Of a stretch of DNA of 64,000 bases, positions 20,399 to 29,869 are shown one piece after another; the first letter of the stretch is position 1; every line of letters begins with the position of its first letter. Source of the DNA: Cyanidioschyzon merolae (taxonomy: Eukaryota); assembly GCA_000091205.1 (NCBI GenBank), contig AP006498.2. One strand, 5' to 3'. Made by a program: the position numbers and the translations under genes. The notes beneath the pieces were generated by a model. The model searched no databases, was not told the origin of the DNA, and saw only the letters and a list, made by a program, of their open reading frames with translations.

Positions 20399-22729
20399 AT
20401 GAACCACGAGAGCGTCGTTCAAGAACGTGAATGCGACCCTCCCGAACAGATTTCTCGCGACCGAGCCAACGCAGTGGGCAGCGAAGGCGGCGTGCGATGG
20501 CTCCCAACCTGGTTCCAGAGCTTTGGACGAAGCGGTCGAAACGCTGCCAGAGCTTCACCAACAAGTGACTTTATCGGCACAGCGGATGCAAACTGTAGCG
20601 CTGCAACCTGGTTTTATGTGTACTTCATGAGCATCGCGACAGTTTTGGGGACAGGTGTGCTCGGACTTCCGGTTTCGCTCTATCGCTGTGGTATAGCTCC
20701 GTTTCTGGTGTTCTTCACAGTGACAGTGGTTGCAGAAGCCTGCGCTGTCGTCGTAGCGGTTGAGCTTCTGCAAAGAACTCAGGCGAGCCTGGCACTCGAG
20801 CGTCGAACCCACACAGACCACGCTCAGGACGGATTTCGCAGGTATCATGGTACGCAGTATCGAGCGGGCGGCTCGCCTGAGAACGATCACATGCCTCCCT
20901 CTTCCACGATACCGAAGCACCGTCTCGAGCACGATCGTATGGAGTACTACGACACAACGGAGGAGACTCGAAGTCGCAGCACGTCGACAGTGTCGCAGGA
21001 GCTCTCCGCGGCCCGCAGGGCTAGCCCCACTGACCAGACGATCTTGACACTATCGCCGGCTGTCGAGCGAAACGCTGCATATCCACCGTATGCGACAGTG
21101 CGCGCCCTCGAGCCAGACCGGACGGGTGCACTGGCCTCGTCGCCAAACCGCTCCGAAGAGGCCGTCGATACAGCGCCGTGCAATAGAGATACGCAGCACA
21201 CAACACCTTCGCTCTCCGCCATGGCGCTAGCGTTCCTTCAGAAACGTTGGCTTCGACTGCTGTTTCAGGCGGCTGTTTATCTCCATTTTATTTCCATTAT
21301 GATATCGTACGGACTTGCGGGGCCGCAAGCGTATGTTGCACTCTTTCGACCGTCGCTGAGACGTTTGTCCAAACAGACGCTCATGAACGCATTCATTGCA
21401 CCGAGGTGGTCGATCGCACTCTTCTGTGCAGTTGGTACCGCGTTGCTTATTTTCTGCCTGGGTGCAGTATTGCCGGTGCTAACGATCGCGACGGGAATCA
21501 AAGCTACACTTTTGGTGGTCATCGTGCTCGTGGTGGGCGTTTTTGGAGCAGAGATCGCAAATCCCTGGCGCAACCAATGGAGCGCTTTTCTGGAGCCGTT
21601 CCTCATGGGAACTGTCGCGCTGGGAGGTCTCACCACGGTCATGCCGGTAACGTACGCTCGTCTGGGCGAGCAGCCAAGCGCAAGCGGAGTGCGTCGTTAT
21701 CGCGCTGCAGTGATTGCCGGCCTCATCACCTGCTATTTTCTCAATATCGTCTGGTGCGTATCGGTCTTGGCTGTTGTGCCTCAGGCCACTCCGGATGCTC
21801 CATCGCAGGGTAGCGAGGGAGTGGTCGTTTCCCTCGAGGCTGCGAACGCGCTCGGCGAGATCAGTACGGTGCCATTGATTGCAGCTCTGGAGCAGCATCG
21901 GGCACAGGCAGCGCCAGCGGTTGCGGTCCTCGTGAATATTTTCATCACAGTGTCGATTACGGTTTCGTTCCTGGTGATCGGCTCTGGTCTGCGCCACATG
22001 ATTGACGGAGTGGTGGCGTCCTGGGCGCGCATGCCTGGTGCCTTCCATCAAACTGCTGAGCAAGGCGCAAAGAACCAAACGCTGAACGAGGACGGCGTAT
22101 TGGAAAGTCAAACCTTGTCGACGTTTGCGGGGGACGGCCCGGCTGCTGTTGCCGGCGTCCGGTTTGTTTCTGAGAAGCCCGCACGGGTTTCGGAAGAGGC
22201 AACCAGTGTGGGAGCACATCTCCCATCGCAGCACGGCAAGTCCTGGGAACATGACTCATTTCCAGTGGAATCTGGCGACGGAGACCAGGGACAATGGGGG
22301 TCGCCGACGGTTCCGCACTCGAGCGCACCGCTGAATCGCGTCGTAGATAACATGGTTGACGGTAGCGTCTCCAGCAGCGCGGGTATCGCGTCCAATGGAC
22401 AACGGACGCGACCCGGCGCCAAAACGCTGCGTTATGCGCTCTATGTGCTTTTCTATGGCTTCATCGCTTTAGTCGCGGTGATGAACCCACGCGGCTTCCT
22501 GGCAGTCATGGAAGGGTTCGCCTCCCTAGGACTTAATCTAGCCTGTGGTTTTTTCATAGCGCTCATGCTCTTCTTCGCGCGAAACCAGCCACAGCGAAAC
22601 ATTCCAGCACCGCTGGATCCGTCTTTGCTGCAATGGATCTGTTTCCTTTGTTTCGGATTCTTCGGGCTTGCCTCGGCGCTGGATGCGGCCTGGTGGCTGC
22701 CGCGACGTCTCCTCGCGGCCTTATTTTGA
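20399..22729 (+). CDS. Transmembrane amino-acid transporter (Aa_trans/SLC38-like) family protein with a large hydrophilic insertion
   Basis: 776-aa ORF from an ATG. The N-terminal 'WFYVYFMSIATVLGTGVLGLPVSLYRCGIAPFLVFFTVTVVAEACAVVV' is the typical Aa_trans first TM pair. Multiple later TM helices follow ('ALLIFCLGAVLPVLTIATGIKATLLVVIVLVV', 'VIAGLITCYFLNIVWCVSVL', 'LYVLFYGFIALVAVM', 'CGFFIALMLFF'). After TM2 sits a hydrophilic Ser/Thr/Arg-rich segment of about 160 aa. Confidence 0.5.
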   Translation: MNHESVVQERECDPPEQISRDRANAVGSEGGVRWLPTWFQSFGRSGRNAARASPTSDFIGTADANCSAATWFYVYFMSIATVLGTGVLGLPVSLYRCGIAPFLVFFTVTVVAEACAVVVAVELLQRTQASLALERRTHTDHAQDGFRRYHGTQYRAGGSPENDHMPPSSTIPKHRLEHDRMEYYDTTEETRSRSTSTVSQELSAARRASPTDQTILTLSPAVERNAAYPPYATVRALEPDRTGALASSPNRSEEAVDTAPCNRDTQHTTPSLSAMALAFLQKRWLRLLFQAAVYLHFISIMISYGLAGPQAYVALFRPSLRRLSKQTLMNAFIAPRWSIALFCAVGTALLIFCLGAVLPVLTIATGIKATLLVVIVLVVGVFGAEIANPWRNQWSAFLEPFLMGTVALGGLTTVMPVTYARLGEQPSASGVRRYRAAVIAGLITCYFLNIVWCVSVLAVVPQATPDAPSQGSEGVVVSLEAANALGEISTVPLIAALEQHRAQAAPAVAVLVNIFITVSITVSFLVIGSGLRHMIDGVVASWARMPGAFHQTAEQGAKNQTLNEDGVLESQTLSTFAGDGPAAVAGVRFVSEKPARVSEEATSVGAHLPSQHGKSWEHDSFPVESGDGDQGQWGSPTVPHSSAPLNRVVDNMVDGSVSSSAGIASNGQRTRPGAKTLRYALYVLFYGFIALVAVMNPRGFLAVMEGFASLGLNLACGFFIALMLFFARNQPQRNIPAPLDPSLLQWICFLCFGFFGLASALDAAWWLPRRLLAALF

Positions 22730-23099
22730 CTCGAGCCCGCACCTGAGTGTCTCCGTATCCCACGCCTTGCGTAAAAGAGTCACCACAGCAGGTAGTGGTA
22801 GTGGTGGTGGATATCGAACTCGGAGAATGTTATCCGCCGTTGGCAGGGGTGCGCTGGTAGCCGCCCCAAGAACGCATACTTCAACAACTCGTTGGACTAC
22901 ATCGAGCGTAGCGCATAAACAGCGCGCCTGTCAGCCTCCAAGAGTAACGTATGACAACGCTGCTCCAGAGCGGCTGCCTGCACGGTTCCGAAACTGCCCT
23001 GCAAACCTGTCTGTTTTTCTTCCACGGCGTCCCGCAACGCCTGCATCCGCGCCTTGCCGATGACACTGTATGCGGCAGGTCCCTGTTCCGGCCTGTACC

Positions 23100-23228
23100 G
23101 TGAAACGCCTGACGTGTCCAGTGGATGCGTGCGGATGGCGGACGCCTACCGCGATGCGTGGCGCTGCGTGAAACGCGTGACGTGTCCAGTGGATGCGTGC
23201 GGATGGCGGACGCCTGCCGCGATGCGCA
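23100..23228. repeat. Tandem duplication, about 68-bp period x 2
   Basis: 'gtgaaacgc(c/g)tgacgtgtccagtggatgcgtgcggatggcggacgcct(a/g)ccgcgatgcg' occurs at 23100 and again at 23168. Confidence 0.8.
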
Positions 23229-23748
23229 TCTCATGAGCTTTCGGATGGCTGTTGTGGATTAGGGATTCCGGTATGCAGACCGCATGTAGCGCTTTTGCAT
23301 GACGGGTCATTGGGAAAAGCGTAGATTGACCGAAGAAACGCTTCATAATTCGCGGAAGGTCGAGCGCCGTCTGCGACAAGGCGTGTCGCGCACCTGTAGG
23401 CACGCCGATAGCCAGGGCCTGACAGAGACGCACGTACCGAGACGGCCGCTCGGGAACGGTACATCCACAGGATAGCGACAGACACCAGTTTCGTGGTACA
23501 AGGCAGCCTTTCATTCGCATGGTCCGCAGTCATCGGGGTCACCAGGAACGTTCGCAGCTGAAGAAAAGATTAGCGCGCACCACGCACCACCACGCTTAGG
23601 AAATCTGCACAGTTTCGCACAGGAGAAGAAAGAAGACGCACAGGCGCAATGACGTTCGCGAGTGATTCGATTTTAGGAACATCTGATGGATACTAGAATA
23701 CCAGGGCCGAATCTATGACGTTAAGAAAGGTTCCAGCAAAACCAAGCC

Positions 23749-25107
23749 TCAACGATCACGCAGAACATGCGCGCCCACATGCACTGCCGCACCGAGAAAG
23801 ATGGTTATGAAGAGAATGGGCGCACCCCAGACCCCGGGAGCAGATTCTTCTTGATCGACCCCGGAAACCGGGATGGTGCTGGGTTCACGTGCAGTTGTAT
23901 CGATGGCAGCGTCAACAGCTTCTGTGATGATGGTCTGACCTTGGAGCTCGACAACAAGTCGATGAAGGCGCGAAACCAAAGGCATCATGCGAGCAGCTGC
24001 TTGCCACAACACTGGCGGCATTGACGCCTTGGATACGGTTGCGTCCTCTAAAGAAGCGGTTGATTCGAGGCCCAGAGACATGATCGAAGTATCTCCAACG
24101 TGCCAGCTTCGAATTTGCTCCAGGGCATCAATGAGTCCGGATTGGACATGGCGTGGTACGGCCTGCGCACCTGCATGATACATAAGATTGAGAAGCAGCC
24201 GCAATGCTTCCCGAAGAATCTTCACGATGAGCACCAAATGCACCAGTGATGACGCGTAATGGACCTCTCGCTGAGACTCCTCGAAGACGCCACTCAGCTC
24301 TGCGACGCGATCCCGGACACAGAGGTAGAACTGATCGATCTGACGCTGAAGCACCATCTGTGTAAGCGCACCAGCAACTGCGATATTACCTAGTGCTCCC
24401 AGTGCATAATATAGCGAGTAGAGCTGATCATCGTTACGAGCAGACGGATCCGATGTAGCCGGAAGCGGATGTCGGAGCACCGCGGATGCAGTTGTCACGG
24501 CCTCGCAGAGCAGTTCGAGAAGACGCGATCGCGCCGCCAGCGCCTCTCTTCCAGCATCAACCGTTGACAGATCGAAAATGAATCCGCATAAAAGACGGGG
24601 AATCCGCTCGTTTTTTCCCGACCAGGACTCAAATAAAGTCTCGACAAGTGCAATGATGCACGGGCGCGCTCGCAGTAGTCCCAGTGCAGCTGTCGACGGG
24701 GTTGTCGGCGCTCGCGAGACCTGCTCTTCGGGGACGGCTGCGTTGTACGCCCCAGCTTGGTTCGCGCCAATCTGGACACTGAGTTCGAGCAGTTGCGTGA
24801 GCGATGCCTGCACGAGTTTCTCGTCGTCAGGGAAGATGCTCAAGACACTCAACAGTACAAAGGTGTTCCGCGGGAGGGCGTCTATCGCCTCCCAGACCAC
24901 GAGTTTTTCCGCAGGTGTCTGGCCTTGTTTTGCCAGACATGCTGCATCGTCATCAACCTTACGTTCACCAAGCGCCTGCTGGGTATCCGTAAGTGGTGCC
25001 AGCGCTTGGTCTGTAAACACTTTCGATGGAAAGGCGCGCCCCAGTTCTGACGAGGCCGCCGACGCTGCCTGACCAGAGAGGTTCTCCTTATTTTCGGATT
25101 CCGACAT
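23749..25107 (-). CDS. Hypothetical protein with a single C-terminal transmembrane anchor (tail-anchored topology)
   Basis: Long ORF in the sense frame. It is predicted soluble and helix-rich, with one hydrophobic segment at the extreme C-terminus, 'WGAPILFITIFLGAAVHVGAHVL'. The track ORF starts at GTG 25149; the first ATG is 25107. Confidence 0.35.
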   Translation of the reverse strand: MSESENKENLSGQAASAASSELGRAFPSKVFTDQALAPLTDTQQALGERKVDDDAACLAKQGQTPAEKLVVWEAIDALPRNTFVLLSVLSIFPDDEKLVQASLTQLLELSVQIGANQAGAYNAAVPEEQVSRAPTTPSTAALGLLRARPCIIALVETLFESWSGKNERIPRLLCGFIFDLSTVDAGREALAARSRLLELLCEAVTTASAVLRHPLPATSDPSARNDDQLYSLYYALGALGNIAVAGALTQMVLQRQIDQFYLCVRDRVAELSGVFEESQREVHYASSLVHLVLIVKILREALRLLLNLMYHAGAQAVPRHVQSGLIDALEQIRSWHVGDTSIMSLGLESTASLEDATVSKASMPPVLWQAAARMMPLVSRLHRLVVELQGQTIITEAVDAAIDTTAREPSTIPVSGVDQEESAPGVWGAPILFITIFLGAAVHVGAHVLRDR

Positions 25108-25912
25108 CGACCACGTGAGCTCGGTATTCGACCAGTGCTTTCCGTTCACAGTAGCTAGATGGTTTCAAAGACACCGCAGCGACCGGCGTGCACCAAAACG
25201 GCAACGTTCGCAGACTCCGCAGCGCTTGCGTTGAACCAGCCGTCCGGTGAGATTGGAACGTCCGGGAAATCAAATATGCTGCGGTGCGCAACGCACGAGA
25301 CGCCGTGCGGCGGGGACACGGCGACGCGCATTTGAGAACGAAAATCTGGATATAAGTGTTCCAAGATTGACAAAGAGGACTAGGGCATCGCATGGTGTCC
25401 CCGGGATTCTGCCACGGAACGGGAATCTGGAAATTCGAGCCTCTGCCCCGACGAGGGCGCGCACGACAACCGGATCGAGTCGTTCGTGGCGTGTTGTAAA
25501 AAGGAAGTGCCTTTCGGAATCGCAACAACGCAGCTGCAGATGTGACGCTGCGCTGCCTGCCGCAAGTCGCCGCAACGTCGACGCCAGCGCGTACATGTTC
25601 ATGTTTCACGTAAGAGCTTCACCGCGAACGAGGCACAAGCGTGTCGTCGCTCGTCCGACAGGAGCAGTTCACGTATCAGCAGGGGCGCAGCATATTGCCC
25701 AATTTATTGGAACCATGGGGCGAATGTGCGGCGTCGGAACGTGCCCTGAGTCTTGTCCGTTGCCGTCGCCTTTCTATTCATCTGGTGCGCTCACACAGGT
25801 TCACACCAGAGTCCTTGGACCGTATGCCTATGCAATATTTAACGAATCGAGTTTCATCTATTCGTGTGCTGCTGCAGGTTGGCGATGACCCTTGGCTGCC
25901 CGCTGACGCGTC

Positions 25913-27925
25913 TCATACGAGGCCGAAGAGGCCTCCACCGCCCGACGCATACATCATTGGACGCACATCTGCGGGGTGTTCTGCTGCCTCAAACGGCACG
26001 ATCTCTGGTTTCATGTCAGGTTTCAGGCGAATGAAGGCACCGCGGTTCCCCATTTGATCGCAATAGTTTGGTGCAGAGAAGATCGTGATTAGGCGGCCGT
26101 CTGCTTCGACCTCGTATCCGTCATCTTTCATTTCGTGGCTACGGATCAGGAGCTCCAACTGATTGTCGTCAAGAAACCGCTTGGTAACATCAGGCCCGAA
26201 CGCGACACCAACGCCTCGCTTGCTGGGACCCCAGCCATGCTCCTTCTGCGGGTCACTCCAAAGCAGCTCCGCGAACAGACCAGTGCTCGGCGGTTCAACA
26301 AATCGATCCAGCCGGAGCAGATCGTCCAGCTTCACTCCGTTGCGGGAAAAGAGGCCCCCGTGCACGACCAGCGCCCGTTTTTGATTCGCACCCTCGATCA
26401 GATAGCCTAGCGGAAGCGCTTGAAAAAGTTCTTCGAAAAGCTCAAAAAAATGCTCGGAGTATTTGTGGCGGACCTCACCCTCGAATCCATAGATCTTGTT
26501 CATATTTCGCGACTCGTGGTTACCTCGAGTAAGGTGCATGCACCGTGGATCATACACCATAAACGCTAGTAAAGTCGTTACGACCTCCACGCTCCAGGAA
26601 CCCCGATCTACAAAGTCGCCATTGAACAGATATGGATTCTCTGCACTCGGTAGCCCGTTCAATTCGAAAATGCGGACCAGATCGAAGAACTGACCGTGCG
26701 TATCGCCGCATACCGTGAGCTGCGGCACAACATGCACCGGCGAGCTCGTTACAAACGAGTTGCTATCGGCGGCAGCTGGCGGAATAGGCCGTGTGAACGA
26801 GTCTCGGTGTTGCTGCGCATTCGTTGCCGACGCGTCAGTGCTCCCATCGTGGGAGTCTAGTTTGAGCTTCACGATGTTCGGGTAGCCGCGCAGCAGATCG
26901 TAGGCCGCACCAATGATCTGTAAGAGATACTTGCGATGCAGACGCTTCTGCGCTCGGAAGTGTCCCAAGAGGTCAGAACAGAACCGCTGCGTGACGGAGC
27001 CGTCACCCGCAGCAATGCGACCGGAATTGCTCTCATGCGTCGCTACTAGACGCGGGCCATCGTAGGAATCCTCAACCACAATGCCTGATACGTCGATATT
27101 GCGGCACAGCGACGCCGGCGTGTCGCGAGAGCTGTCGATGGCTGCTGAGAACGCTTCTTCACGAAGGCGCCGCTCACACTCGCGAATCTTCAAACGCACG
27201 TCTTTATCGGTTGGTGCAGCCGCAGCCGCTTTCCGGAAGTCCGCCAAAGCTAGCTTGTACTTACCAAGGGCAAAGTACGCTGCACCTCTTCGATAGAACG
27301 CTTTAGGGTACGGCTTCTTCGCCAGCTTTATTGCCAAGCCGGCATCTTTGATGGCGAATCCGTGTGCTTCAACTTTCAGGTGTGTAAACGCACGATTCGC
27401 GAAGAGAACAACGAGCAGAAAGCGGAGCGTCTCAGCCGGGCTGCTCTCATCTGCAGATTTCGCGGCGGAGCTGCCGTTCACCTGACCGTTTGCTGTAGCG
27501 CTGTCAGTGGGCTCTGCGTGCTCGTTTTCGTACAGCCCTTCGCTCAACAGTGCTACTGCTTGCGACTCGGACTCGCAGCTGAGAGCCTCTGTTGTGATAA
27601 CTCGAATTGCCTCGGTATACAGTTGAGCTGCGTGCTGGAAGCGGCAACCCTTGAACGCTTCGTTTGCATCCTCCTTTAACTTGTTTACTTTTTCAAGAAT
27701 CTCCGGGAGTCGGTCTTCCAACCTATTCAGATCCTCAGTGCCTCGCATCTTCGGACAGAAGTCCACCGCTCTGCGTGAAAACAAACGAATAGCGCTATGT
27801 CTGCCTAGCTGAACAAGCAGCGGGTCCCGCGTCGCCGCGTCTCGCCCAACCGATTGGCAGCGAATCACACTGTCCCTGCTGTGTAGACGAGATCCCTGAA
27901 ACGCTGACACATTTAGGCTTATCAT
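25913..27925 (-). CDS. PP5: Serine/threonine protein phosphatase 5 (TPR domain + PPP catalytic domain)
   Basis: N-terminal TPR repeats ('ANEAFKGCRFQHAAQLYTEAIRV', 'RAFTHLKVEAHGFAIKDAGLAIKLAKKPYPKAFYRRGAAYFALGKYKLALADFRKA'). Then the PPP catalytic signatures 'VCGDTHGQFFDL', 'LFNGDFVDRGSWSVEV', 'LTRGNHE', 'LVVHGGLFS', 'SAPNYCD', and the PP5-type C-terminal 'MYASGGGGL'. A start at ATG 27925 is possible; the alternative ATG at 27748 gives a PP5-like N-terminus. Confidence 0.85.
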   Translation of the reverse strand: MISLNVSAFQGSRLHSRDSVIRCQSVGRDAATRDPLLVQLGRHSAIRLFSRRAVDFCPKMRGTEDLNRLEDRLPEILEKVNKLKEDANEAFKGCRFQHAAQLYTEAIRVITTEALSCESESQAVALLSEGLYENEHAEPTDSATANGQVNGSSAAKSADESSPAETLRFLLVVLFANRAFTHLKVEAHGFAIKDAGLAIKLAKKPYPKAFYRRGAAYFALGKYKLALADFRKAAAAAPTDKDVRLKIRECERRLREEAFSAAIDSSRDTPASLCRNIDVSGIVVEDSYDGPRLVATHESNSGRIAAGDGSVTQRFCSDLLGHFRAQKRLHRKYLLQIIGAAYDLLRGYPNIVKLKLDSHDGSTDASATNAQQHRDSFTRPIPPAAADSNSFVTSSPVHVVPQLTVCGDTHGQFFDLVRIFELNGLPSAENPYLFNGDFVDRGSWSVEVVTTLLAFMVYDPRCMHLTRGNHESRNMNKIYGFEGEVRHKYSEHFFELFEELFQALPLGYLIEGANQKRALVVHGGLFSRNGVKLDDLLRLDRFVEPPSTGLFAELLWSDPQKEHGWGPSKRGVGVAFGPDVTKRFLDDNQLELLIRSHEMKDDGYEVEADGRLITIFSAPNYCDQMGNRGAFIRLKPDMKPEIVPFEAAEHPADVRPMMYASGGGGLFGLV

Positions 27926-28798
27926 GCCCGCGCTGGAAGCAGGAGCGCAGCGAACTCCTTGAAAATAAGCATTCGATAGGAGCGGGTTATGTCGACAGCG
28001 TTTACGCTGCTGGTAAACAGGGAAAATGCATCAGTCCCTCCGCGGACATTTGTAGGTTCAGGAACCCTCGGACAAGTGTCTCCGTACTCGACAGCTGGCT
28101 CTTGGCAAGACTCGTCTGGTCGGGCTCGACGTGGATGACGGAAGTGCGCAGCTCTGCTCCAGCACAAGAGACGGTTTGGGCGTAGCGTCGCGAGCAAGGT
28201 CGTCGTCTGCCGCCGAGCGTGTACACGTGAAGATGTGCTGTCGCAGGAGACAGCGCGTGCTCTGTCTGTTCGGCGACTGGGGTGCGCAGCGGCGTTGTAT
28301 GTTCCAGCAAAAGCAGCACAGGAGCACGGAAACTGCTGCTTCATTCTTGGTAGCGAGCGAGTCTCTGATAGGCCAGACAAGAAACACGAGCACGTGCACC
28401 TGCCGCAACGGCCGTCAGGTCGCGGAAGGCGATATTCCTTCACTGGCGTTGCGCATGGCCAAGTAGAGGATGCTTCACAGCCGCAACCGAAGCCGCAGTC
28501 GCGCTCCAGCATCGCTCACGGGTGAGCGCGCCCTACGAAAAGACTGCAACGCTGCAGCAGACCACCGAATCATTGTCCGGAATAACCGCTTCATACATTA
28601 GAATACTGGCCTGAGTGATGCCCACCGAACCTTCCCTCCTCATTTCGAACGACGTGCTTCAAGTTCAGGCCTGATTCAAAAAATTTCACGACCAGTACAA
28701 ACAAATGTGTGTGCTCCTGCATACTTTAAGATAGCATGGACGCTACCAGTGGCATTACATAAGCGGCGTTGTCCATAACGCAAAACGAAAGGGCGCAA

Positions 28799-29869
28799 CT
28801 AGCTCACTCTCGAAATTTGAGAGGAAGCCGGCTCTCTCGGCAATACACTTACGTTATAGCGGCAGCCGAACTGACCACCAGACTCGCCCGTTTCAAGGCA
28901 ATGCCGATAACCCGGATCAAAAGCCCAATCTTTTGGAGACAAATCACTTCGACCGAACGGATGCATGTTCTTGCACTTTTCCCACAAGTAAAGTGGGCAG
29001 TCCCATTTAAGAGCCACATAGTGCGGATTCCACGCATTTGCCCGATCTTGTATGACCTTCTTTGATCGGTCGCCACCGCCGTTGTAATAAATAACCGTAC
29101 CGGAAATGTAATCCGGCGAGTCCGCTGGACCGTGATGGAAGGTATTACGGACACGTACTGGAAAGAGGCGGCAGGGTGTGCCGCTTTCGTGAATCTTCCG
29201 TATTCGAATACTAAACTCATTGTCTTCGTAATACGCAGGAAAAATGTTTTCATCGAAGAAGCCGGCAATCTGCGCCGTTCTTCGTGAGACAACCAGCGCA
29301 GACCATAGCATTTTTCTCACGTTGCGCAACTTTGTGGGCCCCAGACAAAACTCCGGATTCTGTACAACTCTCTGCGCTTCCACGGAAACATTTCCTAGGG
29401 AACCGGGTGGCATCATGATGTCGTTGTTCAGAAGCAGCGCCCACGGCACCTTCGCTACATCAAGCATATAGCGCATGCACGTATTCCAGATGCCAACATT
29501 ACCGATGCGTTGTTTCTTGCGAATTATTGTACAAAATGGGTAGTCCTGACGTATCGTCTGTTCCAGTTCCAAGATAGAGGGATCTTCTCCAGCGAGAACG
29601 ACGACTACGTGCTTCACAGGCTCGTCGATGCTTGCTAAGAGACGAGTTGTGAAGCCGTGGTGCTCGAACTCTGCGCCAAAACATAGCATAGGAGCCCTAG
29701 CCGCGGGTTCTGCTCGTGCCTGCAGCTGCTTCGGACCAGCAATGAACGCTTTTCCGCTTCGCACCGAAAAAAAGAACGACTGGCGCCAAATAGTTAGCAC
29801 CGCGGAAAACCCCACTAGGCACGAACAGAATATGACGAGAAGCCGTCGTACGGACTTCCTCCCTGTCAT
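28799..29869 (-). CDS. Type II membrane glycosyltransferase, GT-A fold (GT2-like)
   Basis: N-terminal signal anchor 'RRLLVIFCSCLVGFSAVLTIW'. The GT2-type C-terminal block 'AGFFDENIFPAYYEDNEFSIRIRK' fits the family consensus 'GGFDEdFf.YgEDvDL..R'. There is a 'LLNNDIMMPP' segment near the donor-binding region. The track ORF starts at TTG 29890; the first ATG is 29869. Confidence 0.5.
   Translation of the reverse strand: MTGRKSVRRLLVIFCSCLVGFSAVLTIWRQSFFFSVRSGKAFIAGPKQLQARAEPAARAPMLCFGAEFEHHGFTTRLLASIDEPVKHVVVVLAGEDPSILELEQTIRQDYPFCTIIRKKQRIGNVGIWNTCMRYMLDVAKVPWALLLNNDIMMPPGSLGNVSVEAQRVVQNPEFCLGPTKLRNVRKMLWSALVVSRRTAQIAGFFDENIFPAYYEDNEFSIRIRKIHESGTPCRLFPVRVRNTFHHGPADSPDYISGTVIYYNGGGDRSKKVIQDRANAWNPHYVALKWDCPLYLWEKCKNMHPFGRSDLSPKDWAFDPGYRHCLETGESGGQFGCRYNVSVLPREPASSQISRVS

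Noticed and set aside
21479-22252. 257-aa minus-strand ORF, plus several others at 20555-22422, inside the transporter gene
   Set aside because: Antisense ORFs of a GC-rich coding region, with Arg/His/Cys-rich low-complexity translations and no TM or family signal. The sense frame carries the Aa_trans helices.
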